Origin: Octopus sinensis
Taxonomy: Eukaryota
Assembly: GCF_006345805.1 (NCBI RefSeq)
Contig: NC_043002.1
Coordinates: 35,774,001 to 35,838,000, forward strand
Reading direction: 5' to 3'
DNA: 64,000 bases
Position 1 is the stretch's first letter. Each line of letters starts with the position of its first letter. Shown in pieces: positions 42,206 through 54,015 of the stretch. Made by a program: the position numbers and the translations under genes. The notes below the pieces were generated by a model, which made no database searches, was not told where the DNA came from, and saw only the letters and a program-made list of their open reading frames with translations.

Positions 42206-42683
42206 AATATCATTGTGCCAAAGGGGCTAAATTGTTAAGGGTCAAGTTAGGCATTGATTTCTGAAAGGAAGGAAATAGACCGGGTTGAGTCTATCTAAAA
42301 ACTAGGTTATGTCAATCTCTAGCCTTTTGAAAGAGAGGAGTGGAGTTTCAGGAAAGATAGGAGCGGTTGCGGGGTCAGTGTGTAGAGAGCGGAAGTAATG
42401 GAAAAAATATTTAAGTCGTTTTAGGATAAAACACTAATTTCTTGGTTATTCATTGTTATTTTGATATTAATGGTTAGTTATTGTTATACATTGCTTGTTT
42501 CTAGTTTAATGATTCATAAAGTTAACATTCCACCAAGCCTCTTCGTCACTGACCTCCACCGATATTTTTAAACTTATAGTCGGCTGACATACTTGTGATC
42601 CGGAAGCGGGTCGCGCGCGCGTGTGCATGTGCGTGTATATGTGCGTGCACGCGTGCAGCGATCCTCTGTGTGTGTGTGTACAA

Positions 42684-42714
<31 letters not shown>

Positions 42715-43700
42715 TACATATATTATTAGTATCTATCTGTCGGTCTGTCATTGTGTCTACTACATGCTTTTCTACAAATACATGTATGAATTACATGTAT
42801 GCATGTATGTATGTATGTATGTATGTATGTATGTTTGTGCTTGCGTATTGGTGTATGTGTATACATGTATGTAGATACATATATGTGCACATATATGTCC
42901 ATCTATACCTATATGCATATATATGTGTGTGTATATATAGTTGTATATGTATGTATATGCATTATGATTTATATATATATATGTGTGTGTCTGTATTTGC
43001 GTGTATACATATACATAAATATGTGTACATATATATGTATGCATATAGATGTGTATATGTATGTGTGTGATAGGTGTGTATGTGTATATGTACATATACT
43101 TAGATGTATGTATATAAGAATGTATAAATGGTATCTTTTTCTTTAATTATTCGAATTCTTCCTATAAGAAAGTGGCTATTTTCAAATAAATAAACTAAGC
43201 GCCATCACTAGGATTTGGATAGAGAAAAAGAAAAGAAAAAGATATAATGCTTTTAAAGTTTAGATTTTTTTTAGTCCTGCTTACAGATTTTATTTATACG
43301 GTGCGTATTATCTTGTCACTTTCTTCGCTTTAACACTTTGATCATTTTGAGATTACCGTTTAGACAATTACGAACATAAGCAGGTGCACTTATAATAATA
43401 GATGTGAAGTTAGATGTATAATTTTAAACATTCCCGCTCGTTTTTCTTTTTCTTTTCGTGATTGAGCCAGTCAACAATTATTCTTTTTGTTGAAGCTTTC
43501 CGTTGATGACGGGATTTTGCAGGTATTAATATTATGAAGTGAACTTCTTCTATAGGCCACTCAAGTATCCTAAATGTTGGTATCATTACTACTATTTTAC
43601 ATGCATTATAGAATATTGTCACGTTCTAAGAGAAAAGCTCCGATTGGCATACTTTTTAAAGTCTGGTACAATATTCTTTGGTCATTATATGTGCTTTCAC

Positions 43701-44075
43701 AAGGCGGCGAGCTGGCAGAAACGTTAGTATGCCGGGCGAAATGCAATATTTCGTCTGCTGCTACGATCTGAGTTCAAATTCCGCCGAGGTCAACTTTGCC
43801 TTTTATCATTTCGGGTTCGATTAAATAATAAGTACCAGTTACGCACTGGGGTCGATATAATTGACTTAATCCGTTTGTCAGTCCTTGTTTGTCCCCTCTG
43901 TGTTTAGCCCCTTGTGGGCAGTAAAGAAATAAGAAACGTTTGTATGCCGGCGAAATGCTTAGCAGTATTTCGTCTGTCTTTACGTTCTGAGTTCAAATCG
44001 ACTTTGCCTTTCGGGGTCGATAAATTAAATACCAGTTGCATACTGAGATCGATTTCATCGACTGCCCCCCACCAA
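43701..44075 (+). mobile_element. SINE plus partial second unit, followed by (AAT)n
   Basis: AAGGCGGCGAGCTGGCAGAAACG head and family core. Confidence 0.88.
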
Positions 44076-44154
44076 ATAATAATAATAATAACAATAATAA
44101 TAATAATAATTCGAACCTAGAGTAGAAAAGATTTTATCTGTTTTCACAGCAGGT

Positions 44155-44883
44155 ATTTATAGTACTCATTGTGAAGTACAAGGAAGATAGAGAAATATTA
44201 TTGATGTGCAAATTTTAGATGTAGAAGTCAATTTTTAACTATTTCAACTATTAAACATGAACATTTCTTTTGGTCAAATTTCTCCCTATATTGGCTGAAA
44301 TTGCTGTTATCAAATCCAGTTTTTGTCATAGTTAAATATGTTTCTTGTAGGCATCTTTTGATTATCCACAAAGAAATTGGATTTTTATCATAGAAATTAC
44401 TAGATTTAGTGCCAAAATAAACAAAAGTACAGACATATTATCCTTGGAGTATTACTTTTATAATTATAATGCTGGAAACAATCTTTTCGTTTTCAGTAAC
44501 AAATATGAAGATTATTGACCAGGTCTTTGTGAGCTTTTCAGTGGCATTAGCTATAACAAGTCCTTTTACTAAGTGCAGCACTTTAGTAAACATGTGTAGG
44601 GAATAAAATCGAACATCTTTCTCTAATCCAGACTGCATTGGTTTAAGATCTTCCAGTAAAATGGATAAGAAGCAAACTTGGTAATGCTGACTCATTGATG
44701 TACTTTTTCCGATAATGACAAATATCACGGTAGGTGAAATAATATTTGTTTAAGTTTATGCAATCTCCATTCCAGTAAATTTTAATCACTTCGTGCAGTC
44801 GATGAAAAAGAACTCCACGGCCTTCCCCATAGCACTGGAAAAGATTTTGGTTCAAAAACAAAGTCTAGGTGAAGTGTGTGCAT
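44155..44883 (-). pseudogene. Possible THAP-domain / P-element-like transposase 5' relic
   Basis: ATG at 44883 follows a candidate 80-nt intron (GTAAGT at 44996, TTTGTTAG ending 44917). GRGVLFHRL and YINESALPSL loosely resemble THAP GxSFHRFP and AVPSL; LHNEYYKYL lies further on. Very degenerate. Confidence 0.3.
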
Positions 44884-45372
44884 GTTCTCTTCAATTTTTA
44901 ATTAGTTGAAGTCTTCCTAACAAAGATAAAAAGCTCCATCGTTGGAATGTAGACAACAAAAACAAATTCACATTTTGAACTTGAGGAAAGACTTACATAT
45001 TCTTACTATTCCACTTATAAATAGTTGTAGGAAGTGAGGTTGGCACTGGATGGGTGCCTCACAATTCCTTACATAGTCATGGAAAGGAAAATAGCGGGAA
45101 CAAGAATCTCCGAACGAATAACAATAATAATTTATTTCGCCGAAATAAGCATTTCATCTCTGGACATCGGTAGCCTGGTCGCCTTGCGGGTGGAAGCAGC
45201 AGGGTTAGTAGTCAGACACAAAAATACGAAGGCATTCACAGACTCGTAATGTCGCTTGCAATCAGAATTCCAGCTCCACGGTGCTGGTCCTAGTTGCATT
45301 CGTCTCGGTCGGCAGCAGTTGCGAAGAGAGAGAGAGAGAGAGTAGCGGTCAAGCCTAGCTGCTGCTGATGAC

Positions 45373-45457
45373 TGCGCATGCGCACAAGGGGCTTCCGGCA
45401 GGCCTTCCAGAAGACTCTAATCCCTGCGCATGCGTGGATGAAAATCCCAAAATGGCG
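45373..45457. promoter_or_regulatory. CpG-rich cluster of NRF1-, ETS- and YY1-type motifs
   Basis: TGCGCATGCGCA 45373-45384, CTTCCGG 45392-45398, TGCGCATGCGT 45425-45435, CAAAATGGCG 45448-45457. Confidence 0.5.
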
Positions 45458-45529
45458 TCTGGAACCAGGCGTCATTACACTGTATTTGTAATGTGCGTCT
45501 TAGCTGGTTGATTTCTTTCTTTCTGTTTT

Positions 45530-45900
45530 TTGTTTTTATCCCAGATAACCCAGATCGTTTCCTAGGCATTTACAAACAAAACCAAGTGCCCCAATTATTA
45601 GTAGCATACATGTGAATATATTATCTGGGTATAAAAGCTGAAGGTTTCGAAGCAGTTGTCCAAAATTATCCTCTTTCACTTTGATTACTGAAGAGATATT
45701 CACATAAGCAAGACAGCTGATCTGAATGATGATACATACTTTTTCTTGTCTGCCCGTCCGAAACAACAATAACCGGCCTGCTATGTTTGCACTTAGATGT
45801 TTTATAGTAATGTTCCATCAACATTCCTTGTGTTGATGCATATGTATTGGTTCAATAACAAGGGTGGGGTCTTTACATTTATCCCAGGACAGTCTTGATC
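45530..45900 (-). mobile_element. R4-like LINE endonuclease fragment (second family)
   Basis: KHSRPVIVV...VCIIIQISCLAYVNIS...KEDNFGQLLRNLQLLYPD...IIGALGFV, a decayed PD-(D/E)xK RLE domain. Confidence 0.7.
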
Positions 45901-46804
45901 TATGCTTTTGTCTTCTTATGTTTTACATGTTTCCTATAGTTACGTATATTAACATATATCACAAATAACCTGATGTCGATATCTAATGGGTTGTAGTAAG
46001 TTTTCTCGGGATTTCTGACATACCAGGATTTCTAGCATAGCGAATTTTCTGTTTTTCAAGATCAACTAACATGCACAGCTTGCGGTTGAAGCTAGTTTCC
46101 ACATTTCTGTTAAAGATACCGCCGCTGCTGTTGTTGTGCTGGTAGTGGTGGTGGCGGCGGCGGTAGTGGTGGTATGTAGCCAGTGTAGTTCTGACTGAGC
46201 AGACCTTAGATATAAAACGTTCCAAATATGATCATCTGAACTTATTTTTTTATTACTGTGCACCTTGGATTACATTATTCGGTGTATTCTTCTTTTCTAA
46301 TATGGTGGGTGTAATTTGAGGACGATTCAACTGCTTTTTTTCATGCAAGTATTACTGGGAGAACATATGGGGTGGTAGTGAACAACATTTGCTGGTTAGG
46401 TAATTTTATGTTACGTATTTGTGCTCCTAAAACAGACAAAGTCACGGAGAGGCTAGATAAATGTTCTGACAAGCAATCAGTGAGGAAAACAGGCAAGGAG
46501 GAAGGACAGACAATTAAGTTTATAGACAGAACACCGATTGATATGTGAAATTACTGACAGACAGCGAGTCATAACAAATAGGTAGAGAGAGACTGACAGA
46601 AAACTGAGACTTGCAAACATGCAGGCACCCCCATACATATCACATGTGTATGTATGTATGTATGTATGTATGTATGTATGTATGTATGTATGTATGTATG
46701 TATGTATGTATAAAAATACATATATATGTATATATAAAGACATACAAACATATGTACATACATATACAAGTATATATGTATATATATGTATGTATATATG
46801 TATA

Positions 46805-47155
46805 TATATATATATATATATAAAACTAAGAGTGTGTCTGTATGTATGCATCACTAAAACTCGAGAACTACCCAACCGATTTCGTACAAATATTACGCAT
46901 GCCTTACATAGGGTGGATGGAGTGTCATGGGCCAAAAGAATGTTCAACTTCTTGCCTAATGCGAGCCCGGACCAATCTCTTATCTCTTACACTGTTTCGG
47001 TATTACGTGTCAAAAGTGAAACAATAATATCTCTATTGTAATGTGATATAATAGATTCACTATTACACGGCTTCAATTTCAATTACTTTCATTGTGTGTG
47101 TATATATTAGATCCATTTCTATTAGTTTCACGTTGTATTTATATACGTTTGTATA

Positions 47156-47188
<33 letters not shown>

Positions 47189-47500
47189 GCACATATATAT
47201 ATATACATATATATATGTATATATTTATATCCTTGTATACACACATACACACACACACACACACACACATATATATGTATGTATATATTTATATGTGTGT
47301 GTGTGTGTATATGATTATAAGATAAACTTACTTGGAAATGGATGAGCGGTAAAAGACACTGATAGAATATATATTAGGCTTACAAAGAATAATCCTGTGG
47401 TCGATTTGACCTGCATGGCCACAGTCATATAACTAAATCAAGTGAAACAATAAAAAACTATGCCATTCTAATCCCGAGCAAGGCCGGTTATCTCTGCTCT
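46805..47500 (+). mobile_element. Non-autonomous Helitron-like element, interrupted
   Basis: 5' TATATATAAAACTAAGAGTGTGTCTG; 3' hairpin CCCGAGCAAGGCCGG followed by CTGCT, similar to the terminus at 50385-50412. Confidence 0.5.
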
Positions 47501-47868
47501 CCAGCGTTCGCTATCTTACCTCGTCTGGCCTAACGGCTCTCCATGCTTGTTTTCGTTTGGTTCGTTGTATATCTCCCCAGTCCTGTTTTTGTTACCAACT
47601 TTGACCCGCCGCAAATCCCATATTTATTTTGGTTTGCGGGAGCAACTGTTTCTCGAAGCCTCATGTTGTCATTAATTGCTCGAAATGTAGAGTAGATGAA
47701 CAGCGGACAACTGATGAAGAGTCGTTCTTTATGTTACTTGTCTTGCTTTCCATTTGTTTCTCTCGTTGTTCGCATACCCAAGTTTGCCTACGTATTCCAT
47801 GTTGTTTTCGTATTTCATGTTGTTTACATTTTATGACGTCCTGTACCCATATATGCATATATATATAT

Positions 47869-47913
<45 letters not shown>

Positions 47914-47942
47914 TGTACATATTATGTATGTATATATGTATA

Positions 47943-48161
47943 TCTCTTATTATAAAAGGCAGATTTTATCTGCCTCCCTTTGTCTCTTATAGAAATCTGC
48001 AATATAGGATTTCTTCAATTACAATTTACCTAGCATTTTTAAGAGTAGAATGCATCGGGTCGTCGCAGGTACAGTTTTTAAAATTTCACCCCCAATTAAG
48101 CAAAATTTCGAGAAAACTCACATTGTGGTGTGTAAGTGAAGTGCTTTTCTTAGTGTTGGCT

Positions 48162-48198
<37 letters not shown>

Positions 48199-49568
48199 AG
48201 CGAAATGCTTCACTCATGCTATCACCCTAATTTCTCCTCCTTTCTCTTTGCAAGTGTGCAACGATTAAAGTGAAAGTATTTATATAAAACGAGAGAAGTG
48301 TACCTTAAACCACTACTCAAAAAAAAAACAACACAGCAAACAGAAACAAATAAATACATAGCGATTTACTCCTCACACAATTTCTTCAATTAGAGTTTAC
48401 CTATGATTTTTCTAAGTACTTCCATTCGGTCATGGCATACAAAGTTTCTTTCAATTTCAACCCCATTTCAGAAAAAATTCGAGAAAACTAAATATTTTAC
48501 CATTTCACTCTTTCACTCTGCCTATTACTCCCACTTCCTCTTTACACACAGACACGCAAATATATAAATAAAATTGTAAGCTAACGTGTGTGTGTGTGTG
48601 CGTGTGTGTGAGTGTGTGTGTGTGTGTGCGCGTGTGTGTGTGTGTGTGACAGGGATGACCCATTCAGACTGGACATCCTTTTTGCTAGAAGAAGATCACC
48701 TATGCTACACCACTGGTTTTCAGTTCATATTAATCAAATTAATATTCACAACAAGAAGGACTATTCATTATAATACATCAGTTCCACACATTTACCCTGG
48801 TTCCATTTCGGACAACTGCACAAACATTTGCCATTTCACACATGTATGTAAACAAATTCCTTTCTTAAAAATTTCAATTCATACAAGGTTTTTAAGGACG
48901 AATATAAGATCTAAAGTATATCCAAGTAGCAGAAAGATCGCCCAAAAGTGTATATAGATATTTAAATGTATTTATATATTCATCTATACACAGATGTATG
49001 TATAATGTGTGTGTATATATTTCCATAGAGGTAACCTTTCACTCCATACAAAGTTATTTAGGACGAATATAAGATCTAAAGTATATCCAAGTAGCAGAAA
49101 GATCGCCCAAAAGTGTATATAGATATTTAAATGTATTTATATATTCATCTATACACAGATGTATGTATAATGTGTGTGTATATATTTCCATAGACGTAAC
49201 CATTCACTCCGCACAAAGTTTTTTAGGATGAAAATAAGAACTAAAGTTATCTCTAAGTAGCACAAAGATCGCCCAAAAGTGTATATAGATATATAAATGT
49301 ATTTATATATTCATCTATGCACACATGTATGTATAATGTGTGTGTATATATTTCCATAGAGGTAACCATTCACTCCATACAAAGTTTTTCAGGACGAAAA
49401 TAAGATCTAAAGTTATCTCTAAGAAACAGAAAGATCGCCCAAAAGTGTATATAGATATTTAAATGTATTTATATATTCATCTATACACACATGTATGTAT
49501 AATGTGCGTGTATATATTTCCATAGAGGTAACCATTCAACCCATACAAAGTTTTTTAGGACGAAAATA
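47943..49568 (+). mobile_element. Helitron-like 5' segment containing an internal tandem array
   Basis: Starts TCTCTTATTATAAAAGGCAGATTTTATCTGCC (TC start, early palindrome) and leads into the 165-bp array. Identity inferred from context. Confidence 0.45.
48875..49568. repeat. 165-166-bp tandem repeat, about 4.2 copies
   Basis: GATCGCCCAAAAGTG recurs at 48936, 49101, 49267 and 49433. Confidence 0.95.
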
Positions 49569-50412
49569 TTTATATATAAAAGAAAGGTTGTGTGTCTGTC
49601 TACTCCGATTTAGATTCCTAACTACTCCCACATTTTGCGATGCAGTTTAACCAAAACCGGGTATTTTTTAGTCGTGATTCATATCGAGCCCTTCTGGGTA
49701 TTAGCGCGCGTCTACGATGAGTCTACGATTTTACAAATAATTTACCATCATTTTTTCCATTTTAATGCATATTTCTTTAAATAAAGGGAAGTAACTCTCA
49801 AACTTCACACCAATATGCGTGCTCATATGCGACGTAATATCACATCAGCAGCATTTCCTCATACCCTCCTTGCACTTGGCGAAGGCAAAATACCAGGGGA
49901 TGAAAATGGTAATATTGCCATCGATTCCATTTGTACCATTGTTAAGACGCCTTCTGATCTCAGAGATGCAGTGTTCCCAGATCTACAAGCTAATTATCAG
50001 AATATGGATTGGATTGGCAAAAAGGCTATACTGGCCCCGAGGAATAAAACTGTTCACCATATTAATGATGAAATGCTAAAACTCATTCCTGGGGAAGTCT
50101 ATGTATATCAATCTATCGATACAACTCCTGACCCAGAGGACGTCATCAACTATCCAATAGAGGTACCCAATTCCTTTGAGCACCCCGGACTACCACCACA
50201 CTTTCTCAAACTTAAAGTTGGTGCCCCTATAATGCTCATCAGAAATTTGGTTCCCCCAAAACAATGCAATGGCACACGTTTGATCGTTAAGTCCTTATCT
50301 CCCACCGTAAACTTATATCAATATTTGCCTGAATAATCATCATAATTCAGTGCAATCATTAACAGTACTTTCAAGCAATTCAGCCCCGAGCAACGCCGGG
50401 CAATTCTGCTAG
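49569..50412 (+). mobile_element. Internally deleted Helitron with PIF1-helicase fragment
   Basis: ORF 49815-50336: KAILAPRN, GLPPHFLKLKVGAPIMLIRNL, CNGTRLIV. 3' hairpin CCCGAGCAACGCCGGG then CTAG; inserted between A and T. Confidence 0.9.
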
Positions 50413-50736
50413 TATACATATATGTGTGTGTGTGTGTGTTATAATGGAGAAAGTTGCTCATTAAGTAGGCATGTAACAATTAATAAAAGTACTAAAAAAA
50501 AGCAATTATTAAAAGCTTGGCCATCTGGAATTTTTTAATAAATTCATGTTCCAAGAAATTCCCTATAATTTCGATTTCTGAAGTTTATTGAATTTTTGAA
50601 CTCCAATTTCACAAATTTAAATATTCGTTGTATTCACTGTGGGGTAGATTTTAATGTTTGATAATAAACAATATTAATTCGTAGCAGGCGACATTTTCCG
50701 TTTTCATTTGCAACAGTCTTTCATTCACTCACTTAC

Positions 50737-50808
<72 letters not shown>

Positions 50809-51369
50809 GAATGAAAAATCCAGGAAAGGCTTGAAATTGATGGCTTTGATACCTACAGGTACTTTAGTATTCTTCGACCAGATGTAAGTATGACCAGATA
50901 TAAATATTCCATGTATGGTTAGAGAAGAAACCAATTTTAATCAAGAACAACTGCAACAAACCATTAATGAACTTCTGCCAACTTTGAATAGTGAGCAAAG
51001 ATTAGTTGTTGATACAGCTGTCCAGTCCGTGAATAGAAAAGAAAGAAGAATTCTGTGCTTGAATGCAAGTGGTGACATAGGGAAAACACATGTACTTAAC
51101 GTATGTACTTAATTACCTTATACTTTTAAAAAATTGCAATTGCTACCGGTATTGCAGCAACATTGCTTCACAAAGGAAGAACTCTTCGTTCTAAGTTCAA
51201 AATTTCTCTCAGCGTCACTGTAGAGTCAACATGCAGTTTCCCCAAGAGAGATGCAACATGAAAGTTTATGCAGCAAGCGGATCTGTTAGTTATTGATGAG
51301 ATCAGTATGAGGCATAAGCATATCTTTGAGTACCTTGATAGGTGCTTGCGTGATGTGCGAGAGTGTAAC

Positions 51370-51770
51370 AGGAGTGGCTGTGTGGTAAGTAGCTTACTTG
51401 CCAACTACATGGTTCCGGGTTCATTGCCACTGCGTTGCACCATAGGTAAGTGTCTTCTACTATAGCATCGGGCGGACCAAAGCCTTGTGAGTGGATTTGG
51501 TAGACGGAAACTGAAAGAGGCCTGTCGTATATATGTATATATATATATGTGTGTGTGTGTGTGTTTGTCCCCCTAGCATTGCTTGACAACCGATGCTGGT
51601 GTGTTTACGTCCCCGTCACTTAGCGGTTCGGCAAAAGAGATCGATGGAATAAGTACTGGGCTTACAAAGAATAAGTCCCGGGGTCGATTTGCTCGACTAA
51701 AGGCGGTGCTCCAGCATGGCCGCAGTCAAATGACTGAAACAAGTAAAAGAGTAAAAGAGTAAAAGAGAGT
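51370..51770 (+). mobile_element. tRNA-derived SINE with internal (TA/TG)n and (AAAAGAGT)n tail
   Basis: AGGAGTGGCTGTGTGGTAAG head...GCATGGCCGCAGTCAAATGACTGAAAC tail. Confidence 0.93.
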
Positions 51771-51839
51771 ATCAGTATGAGGCATAAGCATATCTTTGAG
51801 TACCTTGATAGGTGCTTGCGTGATGTGCGAGAGTGTAAC

Positions 51840-52230
51840 AGGAGTGGCTGTGTGGTAAGTAGCTTACTTGCCAACTACATGGTTCCGGGTTCATTCCTAC
51901 TGCGTTGCACCATGGGTAAGTGTCTTCTACTATAGCCTCGGGCGGACCAAAGCCTTGTGAGTGGATTTGGTAGACGGAAACTGAAAGAAGCCCGTCGTAT
52001 ATATGTATATATATATGTGTATGTGTGTGTATATGTGTTTGTCCCCCCAACATCACTTGACAACCGATGCTGGTGTATTTACGTCCCCGTAACTTAGCGA
52101 TTCGGCAAAAGAAGGCCGATAGAATAAGTACTAGGCTTACAAAGACTAAGTCCTGTGGTCCATTTGCTCGACTAAAAGGTGGTGCTCCAGCATGGCCGCA
52201 GTCAAATGACTGAAACAAGTAAAAGAGTAA
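51840..52230 (+). mobile_element. Second copy of the same SINE, splitting the helicase at RECN|KPFG
   Basis: Same head and tail; the helicase frame resumes at AAACCTTTTGGT. Confidence 0.93.
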
Positions 52231-53419
52231 ACCTTTTGGTGAACTTACAGTATTATTATCCGGTGACTAGAAACAAATTCTTCCATGTGTACGCCAAGGT
52301 GTCAGATCAATAATTGTTGATGCAACACTAAAGAGATCTTTTCTTTGGGACAATGTGAAAGTTGTGGAGTTGACAACCAATCTAAGACTTCTTACTGAAG
52401 GTCATTCTGATGAAAGAGAGTTTGCTAATTACGTTACTGATGTAGGAAATTGTAACGTTTTTGTTGAACAAAGCATAGGTTAATTCAAAATCAAGCTACT
52501 CAATGACCTTTGTCTTGAAAGTGGTATTCTTTCAGATCTGTGTGATTTTGTATATGCTGGCGTCAAAAATAACTTCACAAACCCTGCGTGGCTTGCAAAG
52601 AAAACTATTGTTACATCAACAAATGAAGCAACACAATTTGTGAATGATTTTCTGTTGACCAGGATCCCTGGTGAGCTAAAATTATACAGAAGCTCAGATA
52701 CAGTTGATAATGAAATTCTGCACCCAATCGAATTCATCAACAAATTTACACCATCACGGTCTCCACCATACATTTTCAAACTGAATAAAAAATGCTGCAT
52801 AATGCTTTTGAGAAATTTAGATGCTACTAATAGACGTTGCAATTGCACACGCTACATCATTATCACTTTACATGATCATATTGTTGAGGCTGAGATTGCT
52901 TCTGGTCCTTAAGCAGGATCAACACTGCTAATCCCAAGAATACCACATGTATCTCAAGAAATGGAATTTTCATACACATTTACGCGCAAACAATTTCCTG
53001 TCAAGCCAGCTTTTGCCTTGACGTGCAACAAGACACAGGGACAGACTTTTGAACAAATTGGAATATATTTTCCGACACAATTCTTCTCACGTGGTCAGCT
53101 GTATGTTGCATTATCTAGAGTTCGAAAGAAGGCTAATGTAAAAATATTGACTGAGAGAAATGGAAGCAGTATGATTGCTGACAATTGTGTCTACAAGGAG
53201 ATACTACTTTAAAGCAAAATATGTTTTTTAGCAAGTTGCAATAAATGAAATTAACATATAAATTAATTTGTAAAGTAACATATATTTTATGAGGAATTAA
53301 GTTAGTTTGACATATTTCAACACGTACCAGGTGAATGATACCGTTATATTATATAATTTTAAATTCATCACGTGTTCTCACAGCACCAGACTTTTGTGCG
53401 TGTGTGTACGTATGTGTGT

Positions 53420-53503
<84 letters not shown>

Positions 53504-53982
53504 TCGCTGAGTAAATGCCCTCAGTTTATTGTTTATACATACTGGAAATAAATTATATTTGACAACTTATTAAAACTTACTGAAGCTTCGAACTCATGCG
53601 ACTTAATTCCTTTCTGTCATTATCTAAGCATTATCAAGTGAATTTGTTATTATGACTATTTGATACGCCATATGTATAAAAATATCTCTTTGTGATCGCT
53701 GCTATTTTTTTGCACACTAAATGTAGTTGGACTACTTTGATGTTTGTTTAAAAAAGTGATTATGACTGTGATAAAATAATGAAAGCAAAATTTACTAAGC
53801 AAGTGAGTACTATTATACAAAGAAATAATTACACGTAAAATATCATAAAATTTATTAGAATTAGCAATCAAATGCGAAAATATTATCAAGTGACTAGCAG
53901 AAAACTCTCTGCTAGTACATATAATTTTACTATACACATACACAGACACACACACACACACACACATACACACACACACACA

Positions 53983-54015
<33 letters not shown>

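Larger units (their letters stand above)
50880..53350 (+). mobile_element. Helitron PIF1-type helicase relic (second family), interrupted by SINEs
   Basis: LNSEQR, ASGDIGKT, ATGIAATLL, LVIDEISM, KPFG...SGD*KQILP, IMLLRNL, RKQFPVKPAFALTCNKTQGQT, FSRGQLYVALSRV, NCVYKEILL* (stop 53212). Confidence 0.93.

Noticed and set aside
47677-47725. GAAA...CTGATGA as a permuted hammerhead; also isolated CTGATGA at about 5714, 45365, 52407 and 61640
   Set aside because: The required stems cannot be formed.
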